Positions 1 to 7,776 of a stretch of DNA of 38,293 nt are shown here, one piece after another. Each line of letters starts with the position of its first letter. The stretch's first letter is position 1. This DNA is from Opitutia bacterium (GTDB lineage: Bacteria; Verrucomicrobiota; Verrucomicrobiia; Opitutales; UBA953). A program made the position numbers and the translations under genes. The notes under the pieces were generated by a model. It searched no databases. It was not told where the DNA came from and saw only the letters and a program-made list of their open reading frames with translations. The DNA is taken from contig CANHHS010000001.1 in the NCBI GenBank assembly GCA_947460445.1, positions 1-38,293 of the forward strand, read 5' to 3'.

Positions 1-2304
1 ATTCGGCGCAAGACCTTCGCCCGAGAAAACATCGAAGCAAGTGACCGCTTCGACATCGATTTCCTTGCCCACTGCTTTCGCAGCAGCTTGGCGAAGACGC
101 TCAGCGACATCGCCAGCACCGGTCGACGTTGGAACAACTAAAGCAATGTCGCGGGTAACCGGCGGGAATGAACTGAAGGCTTCAAAACGAGCCGACTTAC
201 GTGCCGATGTAAAGGTCGCCCGTGGCAGCAGAATTTCACCCGCAATCACAGATCCGCGAATGTCCAAGCTGCGTGTCCAACGTAAATCGAGTAAACCGCA
301 AGCCCCCTCAGCCGCGCGACCACGGTCGGCGAGTGTCGCTGCATGGCCTTCTTGCCAGAGACCACTGGAAACATCGGACCACGTGAGGCGCGTGTTCGCG
401 ACTCCTGCAGCCGTGGCTATACCCGTGAGTAAACGCTTCGCGCTAAATAAATCAAAAGGTTCGCGCGTCTTCCAACTACGACGTGGAGCTTCTGTTAAAA
501 CCACAAAACCAATCGAGAGGCATTCGCGCACTTGCCCGTCGGCCATCGGGCGGAAAACCGCACCCACTTCAAAGAGTTGGCGCGGTTCAGCATGAAGCGA
601 AAGGTTTAATTGGAGTGCACGGGTAAGGCCTGGAATCAACGATGCGCGTAAATGGGTCTGATCGGCAGTCAGAGGGTTCTGCAAGGCGAGTTGTGCAGAA
701 CTTTTTGCATCAAGAACGCGCGTGACTTCAGTGGCATCGCATAACGAGTAGTGATAACATTCCGAAAAGCCTGCACCGGCGAGACGCAGTGCTACTTCGT
801 GTACGAAACTTGCGGCTGGTGACTCTTCCTCGCCAGGCAAGGGAGCCAGTGGACGGCCAACAGGGACCTGAGCTGTTCCGTGAATACGGATGTATTCCTC
901 CACCAAGTCAATGGGGCGATCGACGTCGGATCGGAATGAAGGCACGGTGACCTCAAGGCCTGTATTCGTGGCGTGCACGGTAAATCCAATGCGGCGCAGA
1001 ACAGCCGAGACATGCTCCTCGGGCGCAGGCGTCCCAAGTTTAGCAGCCACAAATCCATTGGGCAGTTTGATGGTGCGATCGGACCGGGGAGCTTTACCGA
1101 CAACAACCGCTGGGCCGACCACACGCGCACCGGCATGCTCAATTAATAAATCCGCAGCTAAGCGCGCAGCTAGGTCCACTCCAGCAGGATCGACGTCACG
1201 GGCAAAACGCTGCGAGGAGTCTGTCGCTAATGCATACTGACGAGCGACGCGACGGACCTCGCCAGGAACAAACCAAGCAGACTCTAAAATGACATCGGTG
1301 GTGGTGGTAGCCACACCGCTTTCGGCACCTCCCATAACGCCAGCCAGAACCAACGGGCGTGCTTCGTCTGCAATGACGCAGGTATTAGCATCCAACGTCA
1401 GCACGCGACCATCCAATAAAGTAAGGGTTTCGCCGGCACGCGCCGAACGCACTTCGATACCGCCTTTAACCTTTGCCGCGTCGAAAGCATGCAAGGGCTG
1501 ACCTGTCTGCAACATCACCCAATTGGTAATATCGACGACATTGTTCACTGCACGCAGACCTGCGGCCTCAAGGTCACGTCGCATCCAATCCGGCGAAGGC
1601 CCTACTTTGACATCACGCAAGGTGCGCAGGGTGTAATACGGACAGGTTTTAGAACTACTCTTAACGAAACCAAAGGCGTCCTTGGAGCTCGGCTTATCGG
1701 TTGTGCCGCTCGGTGCACGCGCCTCGAGTGGTTTAAGTGGGCGCCCTAAAGAAGCCGCAATTTCGCGTGCTACACCACGTAAGCCCAAGCAATCGCCACG
1801 GTTAGCGGTCACGGCAACTTCAAGGACGACATCCGGCGACGGGAAAAGTTTATGGATAGGTGTGCCGAGTGCTGGCGCGCGTGCAGTCAAAATGAGCAAA
1901 CCATCTTCACCTGCAGGCAAACCGAGTTCGGTTGCCGAACAAAGCATGCCATGGGAATCGACGTCGCGAAGTTTCGAAGATTTGATTTCGAAATTTCCGG
2001 GAAGAATCGCTCCGGGTAAAGCAACTGGTACGCGGTCATTGACTTTAAAATTCTTGGCACCGCAAACGATTTGGCGAAGAACGCCGTCACCGGTATCAAC
2101 TTGGCAAACACTCAAGCGATCGGCTTTAGGATGTTTCTCGAACGAACGAATCTCACCAACGACTAGATGCTCGATGGGCTGCAGGCCGAAGGTGGTAACC
2201 GAATCGACTTCGAGGCCGAGCATCGGCAGCAATTCGGAAACCTGTGTCGGGGTAACCCCAGACAGGTCGACGTGGCGCTCGAGTGATTGAAATGAAACGC
2301 GCAT
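1..2304 (-). CDS. pheT: Phenylalanine--tRNA ligase beta subunit (3' end truncated by window edge)
   Basis: Absent from the ORF track because the ORF runs off the window. Minus-strand translation from ATG 2304..2302 reads MRVSFQSLERHVDLSGVTPTQVSELLPMLGLEVDS...GEIRSFEKHPKADRLSVCQVDTGDG, a PheT N-terminal tRNA-binding-domain signature. The same frame at the window edge reads ...IDVEAVTCFDVFSGEGLAPN, a PheT C-terminal domain motif. It starts 4 nt after the pheS stop. The + strand ORFs 41..595, 890..1240 and 1682..2290 are antisense shadows. Confidence 0.9.
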   Translation of the reverse strand, partial: MRVSFQSLERHVDLSGVTPTQVSELLPMLGLEVDSVTTFGLQPIEHLVVGEIRSFEKHPKADRLSVCQVDTGDGVLRQIVCGAKNFKVNDRVPVALPGAILPGNFEIKSSKLRDVDSHGMLCSATELGLPAGEDGLLILTARAPALGTPIHKLFPSPDVVLEVAVTANRGDCLGLRGVAREIAASLGRPLKPLEARAPSGTTDKPSSKDAFGFVKSSSKTCPYYTLRTLRDVKVGPSPDWMRRDLEAAGLRAVNNVVDITNWVMLQTGQPLHAFDAAKVKGGIEVRSARAGETLTLLDGRVLTLDANTCVIADEARPLVLAGVMGGAESGVATTTTDVILESAWFVPGEVRRVARQYALATDSSQRFARDVDPAGVDLAARLAADLLIEHAGARVVGPAVVVGKAPRSDRTIKLPNGFVAAKLGTPAPEEHVSAVLRRIGFTVHATNTGLEVTVPSFRSDVDRPIDLVEEYIRIHGTAQVPVGRPLAPLPGEEESPAASFVHEVALRLAGAGFSECYHYSLCDATEVTRVLDAKSSAQLALQNPLTADQTHLRASLIPGLTRALQLNLSLHAEPRQLFEVGAVFRPMADGQVRECLSIGFVVLTEAPRRSWKTREPFDLFSAKRLLTGIATAAGVANTRLTWSDVSSGLWQEGHAATLADRGRAAEGACGLLDLRWTRSLDIRGSVIAGEILLPRATFTSARKSARFEAFSSFPPVTRDIALVVPTSTGAGDVAERLRQAAAKAVGKEIDVEAVTCFDVFSGEGLAPN

Positions 2305-2308
2305 GGTC

Positions 2309-3349
2309 TTAGGCGAACTGACGCAAGAAGCGCAGATCGTTAGCGTAAAAATGGCGGATGTCGTCGATGCCGTGCACCAACATGGCTATACGCTCAAGGC
2401 CAAGGCCGAAAGCGAGCCCTGACCACTCGGTCGCATCAAGACCGCATGACTCAAGAACCTTCGGGTCAACAAGACCGCAACCCAGCACTTCAAGCCAGCG
2501 GTCAGAAAGGCGCCCGAGATTCGGCGAGCGAATATCCATTTCGAAACTAGGCTCAGTGAAAGGGAAGAAAGACGGGCGAAGTCGGGTTTCTGCTTCAGGG
2601 CCGAAAGTTTCTTTAACAAAGAAATCAAGCACGCCACGAAGGTCAGCCAAGGTGACATGGCGGTCGACCCAGAGGCCCTCCACTTGGTGGAAGTTTGCCG
2701 AGTGGGTAGCATCAACGGCATCACGTCGGAAACAGCGCCCAGGAGCCACAATGCGCAAAGGGGGTTTGCGCGAGAGCATCGTGCGCACCTGCACGCTCGA
2801 AGTATGGGTGCGTAATAACAGATCTTCGTCACCTTTGCGCAGCGCATCGATGGAGCGAAATGATTTAGGTAAATAGAAAGTGTCCTGCATATCGCGCGCA
2901 GGGTGATCAGCCGGCGTATTCAACGCATCGAAGCAATGCCACTCCGTCTCGACTTCAGGTCCTTCGGCGATGACGAAACCTAATTTACGAAATGTGGCGA
3001 GGATCCGCTCGCGCGTGCGCGTCAATGGATGCAACGAACCCGACGCAACATCTGGACTCGCTAGTGAAGGATCGATGGTAGGCCCAAGCAGTGCAGCCAA
3101 TTCTGCCTGCTCAACACGCGCTGACACTGTCGCCAGGATTTCATCGAGTTGAGCTTTAGCTGCGTTGACCATCTTGCCGGCAGCCGGCCGCTCTTCTTTG
3201 GAAAGCGTGGCCATCCCGCGCATCACGAGAGTCAGCGAACCGTTGGGGCCAACGAGACGAGCCTTGAGGGCTTCGAGTTCAGCACGGGTACGGATTTGCC
3301 CAGCGGCGTCGGCCGCCTCTTTGAGCGCGCTGTCGAGTTGCGACTGCAT
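2309..3349 (-). CDS. pheS: Phenylalanine--tRNA ligase alpha subunit
   Basis: 346 aa with an ATG start. Class II aaRS motifs are typical of PheS (HPARDMQDTFY, LLRTHTSSVQVR, FRRD, FFPFTEPS, GLGLERIAML). It lies immediately upstream of pheT. Confidence 0.95.
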   Translation of the reverse strand: MQSQLDSALKEAADAAGQIRTRAELEALKARLVGPNGSLTLVMRGMATLSKEERPAAGKMVNAAKAQLDEILATVSARVEQAELAALLGPTIDPSLASPDVASGSLHPLTRTRERILATFRKLGFVIAEGPEVETEWHCFDALNTPADHPARDMQDTFYLPKSFRSIDALRKGDEDLLLRTHTSSVQVRTMLSRKPPLRIVAPGRCFRRDAVDATHSANFHQVEGLWVDRHVTLADLRGVLDFFVKETFGPEAETRLRPSFFPFTEPSFEMDIRSPNLGRLSDRWLEVLGCGLVDPKVLESCGLDATEWSGLAFGLGLERIAMLVHGIDDIRHFYANDLRFLRQFA

Positions 3350-3398
3350 GGGGTTAAAGGTGTGTCGGACGAGGCCCTCTTCGCAAGCGAAAGCACCC

Positions 3399-3432
3399 TA
3401 AAACAGCGAGACCCCGGTAACCGGGGCCTCGC
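3399..3432 (-). terminator. Intrinsic terminator/attenuator-like hairpin between rplT and pheS
   Basis: Minus strand reads GCGAGGCCCCGG-TTA-CCGGGGTCTCGC, a 12-bp stem with one G-T pair, followed by TGTTTTA. It sits 24 nt after the rplT stop and about 50 nt before the pheS ATG. I see no leader-peptide ATG in the 106-nt gap. Confidence 0.6.
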
Positions 3433-3455
3433 GAAAGGGCGATGAGCCGACCGGC

Positions 3456-3812
3456 TTAGGCCAAAGCGGCCTTAGCCTTACCAACAATCGCTTCGAATGC
3501 AGGAGCGTCGTGAATGGCGAGCTCGCTGAGATTCTTACGGTCGAGGGTGATGTTGGCTTTCTTCAAGCCAGCGATGAGGCGGCTGTAAGTAATGCCGAGA
3601 GGACGGCAGGCAGCATTGAGACGCACGATCCAAAGCTGACGGAAGTCAGTCTTCTTTTCGCGACGGTCGCGGTAAGCGAACTTTTCAGCGCGCTGAACAG
3701 CCTCCATCGCATGGAGATAAAGGCGTGATTTACTGCCAAAGTAACCTTTGGCACGTTTCAAGGTCCGCTTGCGGCGGGCCTTGGTGTAGGGAGCGTTAGT
3801 AACGCGAGGCAT
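3456..3812 (-). CDS. rplT: 50S ribosomal protein L20
   Basis: 118 aa reading MPRVTNAPYTKARRKRTLKRAKGYFGSKSRLY...AYRDRREKKTDFRQLWIVRLNAA, the canonical L20 sequence pattern. It is downstream of rpmI. Confidence 0.97.
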   Translation of the reverse strand: MPRVTNAPYTKARRKRTLKRAKGYFGSKSRLYLHAMEAVQRAEKFAYRDRREKKTDFRQLWIVRLNAACRPLGITYSRLIAGLKKANITLDRKNLSELAIHDAPAFEAIVGKAKAALA

Positions 3813-3897
3813 GTTATATGTGTGGTTTAGTTTCTCGAGCCGGCGGGTCGCCTGGGAGTGTCACCCGCCTGACTGCGAAATAGATTAGCCGAGAGCC

Positions 3898-4089
3898 TTA
3901 GGCCCAAGGCATGGAAATTTTCATGGACTTCTCGAAGCCAGAATCGACGCGCTTCGATTTATTGGCACGACGGCGTTGTTTGCGCGACTTGCTGGAAAGC
4001 AGGTGGCGACCATTCGGTGAGCGGCGCATGACCTTACCGGTACCGGTAACCTTGAAGCGCTTGGAGATAGACTTGCGGGTCTTTTGCAT
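3898..4089 (-). CDS. rpmI: 50S ribosomal protein L35
   Basis: MQKTRKSISKRFKVTGTGKVMRRSPNGRHLLSSKSRKQRR matches the L35 pattern (KRFK.TG.GK..R....H). The track start at 4107 is a TTG. The ATG at 4089 gives the usual length of about 63 aa. Confidence 0.9.
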   Translation of the reverse strand: MQKTRKSISKRFKVTGTGKVMRRSPNGRHLLSSKSRKQRRRANKSKRVDSGFEKSMKISMPWA

Positions 4090-4241
4090 GACAGAATGGT
4101 CGAACAAAGGGGGTTGAGGGGTACTTGTAAAGTGCGAATGTCTAAGGAAGCGTCAGGCCTTAGCCCCGAATCGAGCCCGTATCCTTGCAGATTTAGCCAT
4201 TACCCCTACCCCTATAGCCGTATTCATCCCGCTAAACCCCC

Positions 4242-4721
4242 ATGCTTACCCCCGGTAAAAAACCTAAACTTGGCTTTAAAGTCAGCGCCCTAGTCAATGG
4301 AGCACCCATTGAAACGACCTTCGCCAAACTCATAGCGGAAGGCCCAACGGCGGTCTCCGTCTGGATGCGCAACCATACCTCAAGTTGCGACAAGCAGTCT
4401 GTAGCCCTGGCTAAGCACGAGAAAGCCATCTTGAAGGCAGGCTATCGACTCATCGGCATCTCTCGGGATAGCTGTGCTTCGCATGCTAAATACGCAGCCA
4501 AACACGCCTTAAAGTACACCTTGGTCGCGGACCCCGAGGACCTGTTTTCGCAGGCCTTGGATGCCGTGATCGAAAAATCAATGTATGGTAAAAAATATCA
4601 AGGTCCTGCCCGGGCGGCTTATGTTTTTGATGTGACTGGAAAATTGACAGCCGTCATCGACAAAGTGGATGCAGCAGAGCACGGCAAACAAGTGCTCGAC
4701 GTTCTAAAAAACGCCCACTGA
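4242..4721 (+). CDS. Thioredoxin-fold peroxiredoxin, Bcp/PrxQ-like (divergent active site)
   Basis: 159 aa that aligns by eye with Bcp: HTSSC in place of TPGC, GISRDSCASHAKYAAKHALKYTLVADPE, and MYGKKYQGPARAAYVFDVTGK with the conserved Arg. The Pro of the universal PxxxTxxC motif is replaced (MRNHTSSC). Confidence 0.6.
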   Translation: MLTPGKKPKLGFKVSALVNGAPIETTFAKLIAEGPTAVSVWMRNHTSSCDKQSVALAKHEKAILKAGYRLIGISRDSCASHAKYAAKHALKYTLVADPEDLFSQALDAVIEKSMYGKKYQGPARAAYVFDVTGKLTAVIDKVDAAEHGKQVLDVLKNAH

Positions 4722-4824
4722 CCCTCATTACTCAATCTAGGAAACCGCTGGGTTCCCTTAATCCATGCTTGAATCAGGGCGTAGCGTTAAGGATAGTTAA
4801 CCCAACACACCCCCAGCGCACCTG

Positions 4825-5490
4825 ATGTCATTGCCTTTCCGTCCGACCGGCCCACGGCCGAAACCCACTCAGAACAGAGGCAATTTTAGGCGCGACCCAA
4901 TGGATCGTGGTCCCAAGCGCAACGAACGTATTCGTGCGACTGAAGTCCGCGTGATTACCGCTGCAGGCGAAATGCTCGGAGTCATGCCAGTCGAAAAAGC
5001 ACTCGGCCTCGCCAAAGAACAGGGAGTCGACTTAATTGAAATTGCTGGAACGGCGGTACCGCCTGTCTGCAAACTTATCGAACTGGGTAAGTTCCTCTAC
5101 GAGGAATCGAAGAAGTCGAAGCACCAAAAACATACGGCGAAGATGAAGGAGCTGAAGTTCCGCCCGCGTATCGACACGCACGACCTCTTTATCAAAATCC
5201 GCCGCGCAGAAAACTTCCTCTACCACGGACATAAAGTTAAACTCGTTCTACAGTACCGCTACCGCGACCTAGAGCATGCTGAAATTGGCATTGAAACCGT
5301 GAAGCGCGTGATCGCTGAACTCGCAAATGTTTGTACCGCTGACAGCGTACCCAAGCGCACAGGCCGTAGCATTGTCTTAGGCTTAACTCCCCTTCAACAG
5401 AATCGCCGAAAGCTCGTCCACAACGCAGAACCGGGCGACGAGAACATGGAAGACGACTCCGCCGTGGCCGACGAGCCCGACGAGCAGTAA
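4825..5490 (+). CDS. infC: Translation initiation factor IF-3
   Basis: NERIRATEVRVITAAGEMLGVMPVEKALGLAKEQGVDLIEIAGTAVPPVCKLIELGKFLYE and KELKFRPRIDTHD are canonical IF-3 N- and C-domain sequence. The start is uncertain: ATG 4825 gives a long Pro/Arg-rich N-extension, and ATG 4900 (MDRGPKRNERIR) is an alternative. There is an acidic C-terminal tail. Confidence 0.9.
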   Translation: MSLPFRPTGPRPKPTQNRGNFRRDPMDRGPKRNERIRATEVRVITAAGEMLGVMPVEKALGLAKEQGVDLIEIAGTAVPPVCKLIELGKFLYEESKKSKHQKHTAKMKELKFRPRIDTHDLFIKIRRAENFLYHGHKVKLVLQYRYRDLEHAEIGIETVKRVIAELANVCTADSVPKRTGRSIVLGLTPLQQNRRKLVHNAEPGDENMEDDSAVADEPDEQ

Positions 5491-5506
5491 GACGACGAGC
5501 GCACCC

Positions 5507-6469
5507 ATGCGCATCTTTCTCTTACTCGTTCTCGCAACGGTTGTATCCCGTGCTGACGAAATTTGGCTCGGAGAGTCCATGGCGCGGCTCGGGTTTTCCA
5601 ACAACGCACCTGTGCGCGAAGGTCAAGAGGAGCGCTTTGAGCGAAATAATCCACGCACTGTTGTCATCGTCGAGCGAGACAAAGAGAGCATCACTATCAA
5701 CGGCATCCGGATCGATATAGAGAGAGCCGTACGTGCGAAGGCGTATAAAGTCAGAGGACAACCTGACGTCATGCGCCTGACTATCGAACGCTGTGATTAC
5801 GAGAAAGTTCTTGTTCCGCTTCTCTGGGGCCCGCCCACCGGATCCCGCAGACCACTGCGTATTGTTCTCGATCCTGGCCATGGCGGCGCTGATTCGGGCA
5901 CGGTCAATTCAGCGCTCAATCTCCAAGAGAAAAATCTCACGCTCGATTTAGCCAAACGGCTAGCAATCTTGCTTCAACAAAGTGGCCACGAAGTTCTTTT
6001 AACGCGCTCGACGGACACCGCCGTCGCACTCACCGAACGATCAAAGTTTGCCAATCAAGTTAAGGCCGACCTCTTCCTCAGTTTGCATTTCAACGCAGGC
6101 CCAACAAATCGAGCTGCGGGCACAGAAACCTACTGGCTTACCCCCGGGGGACAGCACTCCACTAAAGACTCCGCAAACACAGGCTCAACAGCGCAACTCC
6201 CAGGCAACGACTACGATGCGCTCAATATTAACTTAGCCTACGAGATACAACGTGCACTGATTGCAGGCCTCGGCAGCAACGATCGCGGCACACGACGCGC
6301 TCGCTGGGTTGTGCTCAAAGACCTCAAATGCCCAGGCGTTCTCATTGAGTCTGCATTCCTTTCAGATATGACGGAAGCGCGCATTTACACGCAAGATGCA
6401 GCCCGGCAGCGACTCGCTCAGATAATCGCTGCAGGCGTTGCCGCTTACGAAGCTAAGTTAAGGCGTTAA
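5507..6469 (+). CDS. N-acetylmuramoyl-L-alanine amidase (Amidase_3 / AmiC-like), secreted
   Basis: Signal peptide MRIFLLLVLATVVSRA. Amidase_3 motifs are present: LDPGHGGADSG, E-containing LTRS..., and FLSLHFNA...GTETYW. Confidence 0.8.
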   Translation: MRIFLLLVLATVVSRADEIWLGESMARLGFSNNAPVREGQEERFERNNPRTVVIVERDKESITINGIRIDIERAVRAKAYKVRGQPDVMRLTIERCDYEKVLVPLLWGPPTGSRRPLRIVLDPGHGGADSGTVNSALNLQEKNLTLDLAKRLAILLQQSGHEVLLTRSTDTAVALTERSKFANQVKADLFLSLHFNAGPTNRAAGTETYWLTPGGQHSTKDSANTGSTAQLPGNDYDALNINLAYEIQRALIAGLGSNDRGTRRARWVVLKDLKCPGVLIESAFLSDMTEARIYTQDAARQRLAQIIAAGVAAYEAKLRR

Positions 6470-6517
6470 TTGCTTTCAGCATTTGCACTCAACGCTCTGG
6501 CATGAGAGAAAATAATC

Positions 6518-7717
6518 ATGCACGCGGAAGAAACCCCACTGCCGATGGCTAGACTAGCTATACGATGGAGCGTTCTCATGCTTGGCGTCTCTCTATCGGT
6601 CGGCGCCTGTGGTGCGGTTTTCCTACATACACTGGAATGGACGACGAACGCTTTTAAAGCCCACTCTACCCTAGGGATACTTGGGCTTCCCTTATGGGGA
6701 TTGCTCACGGTCTGGGCATATTCAACTTTCGCAGCCACCTCGGCAGGCGGGATCAAAACGCTTATCGAGCAGATTCGCGCGCCACAACCAGAGCCATTAC
6801 CACGGAGTATGGCGCCTGCTATTCTTGGCGGCACACTACTTGCTCACTTGGGTGGTGCATCGGTTGGACGCGAAGGCACGGCACTGCAATTAGGCGGCGC
6901 CTGTGCGGACCAATTCTCGCGTTTTAGTAAACTAACGTCGAGTGAGCGACAGACGCTTTTACTCTGCGGGGTGAGCGCAGGTTTTGCCGCAGTCTTTGGA
7001 ACGCCCCTCGCGGCTGCAATTTTTTCGCTCGAATTTATCAGGCGTCGCACCTGGCAATTCATTCCCTGCTTAGCCACTGCTCTGCTCGCTGACTGGACGG
7101 GTCAAAAATTCTTCGGCGTACACCACATGGATTATCACGGATACTTTCAGAGTGACAGTCTCACGACGACTACAGGGCTTGGTTGGGCTATCGTGCTGGG
7201 AGTTGCTTTTGGTATAGCTGCCAGACTTTACCTTAAAGCCGCCCGTGATAGTCGCCGTGCTTTCGCACGCATACAGAATCCATATTACCGTATACTTCTA
7301 GGATCATTCACCTTTCTCATCTTAATCCTCTGGTGGGATTTAAGTGCGTACACAGGACTTGGACTTAACAGTATTTCGGAAGCCTTCACACAGACGCCGC
7401 CGGTGTATTTCTGGATCCTAAAAATCCTACTGACGGCACTTTGTCTCGCCGCTGGATTTAAAGGCGGCGAAGTCACCCCACTCTTCTGTGTTGGCGCAAC
7501 CCTCGGTGCATGCGTTGGTCCGTTCACAGGCTTACCCTTGGAAGTCTGCGTGGGCTTAGGCTTTGTAGCTGTCTTCGCTGGAGCGGGTGCTGTCCCGGTT
7601 GCAGGCGCAGCAATGGCATTCGAAATGTTCGGATTTGCGACAGGCACCTATGCGCTGGCTGCTTGTTTTGTGAGTTCACTCATAGCAGGCAAACAACGTC
7701 TTTACTCGGAGACATAA
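6518..7717 (+). CDS. CLC-family anion/proton antiporter, short CBS-less type, CLC-F (fluoride)-like
   Basis: 399 aa and polytopic. It carries GREGTALQLGG (gating Glu motif with Thr), GFAAVFGTPLAAAIFSLE, and GGEVTPLF in place of the GxFxP motif. I recall this last feature as diagnostic of fluoride-specific CLC-F. The first selectivity motif is atypical (SAGGIKTLIE). Confidence 0.7.
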   Translation: MHAEETPLPMARLAIRWSVLMLGVSLSVGACGAVFLHTLEWTTNAFKAHSTLGILGLPLWGLLTVWAYSTFAATSAGGIKTLIEQIRAPQPEPLPRSMAPAILGGTLLAHLGGASVGREGTALQLGGACADQFSRFSKLTSSERQTLLLCGVSAGFAAVFGTPLAAAIFSLEFIRRRTWQFIPCLATALLADWTGQKFFGVHHMDYHGYFQSDSLTTTTGLGWAIVLGVAFGIAARLYLKAARDSRRAFARIQNPYYRILLGSFTFLILILWWDLSAYTGLGLNSISEAFTQTPPVYFWILKILLTALCLAAGFKGGEVTPLFCVGATLGACVGPFTGLPLEVCVGLGFVAVFAGAGAVPVAGAAMAFEMFGFATGTYALAACFVSSLIAGKQRLYSET

Positions 7718-7776
7718 GCGGTGAGCGGGGCCGCTTCTAACCTTCCCCCGACCATGCCTTTATATACAGTAACACG

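Noticed and set aside
41-2290. The + strand ORFs 41..595, 890..1240, 1289..1501, 1489..1749 and 1682..2290 (Ser/Arg/Pro/Thr-rich products).
   Set aside because: They lie antisense to a continuous pheT reading frame with clear PheT motifs. Their composition is typical of shadow ORFs.
6380-6517. Possible fluoride (crcB-motif) riboswitch upstream of the CLC-F-like gene.
   Set aside because: I could not find the conserved GGnGAUGG / CUGAUGA-type core elements in the 48-nt gap or the preceding ~100 nt. An Infernal scan is needed for certainty.
6503-6521. Fur-box-like AT-rich string GAGAAAATAATCATGCAC overlapping the CLC start codon.
   Set aside because: Only the ATAATCAT core matches the GATAATGATAATCATTATC consensus, and the flanks do not. 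This is likely a chance match.
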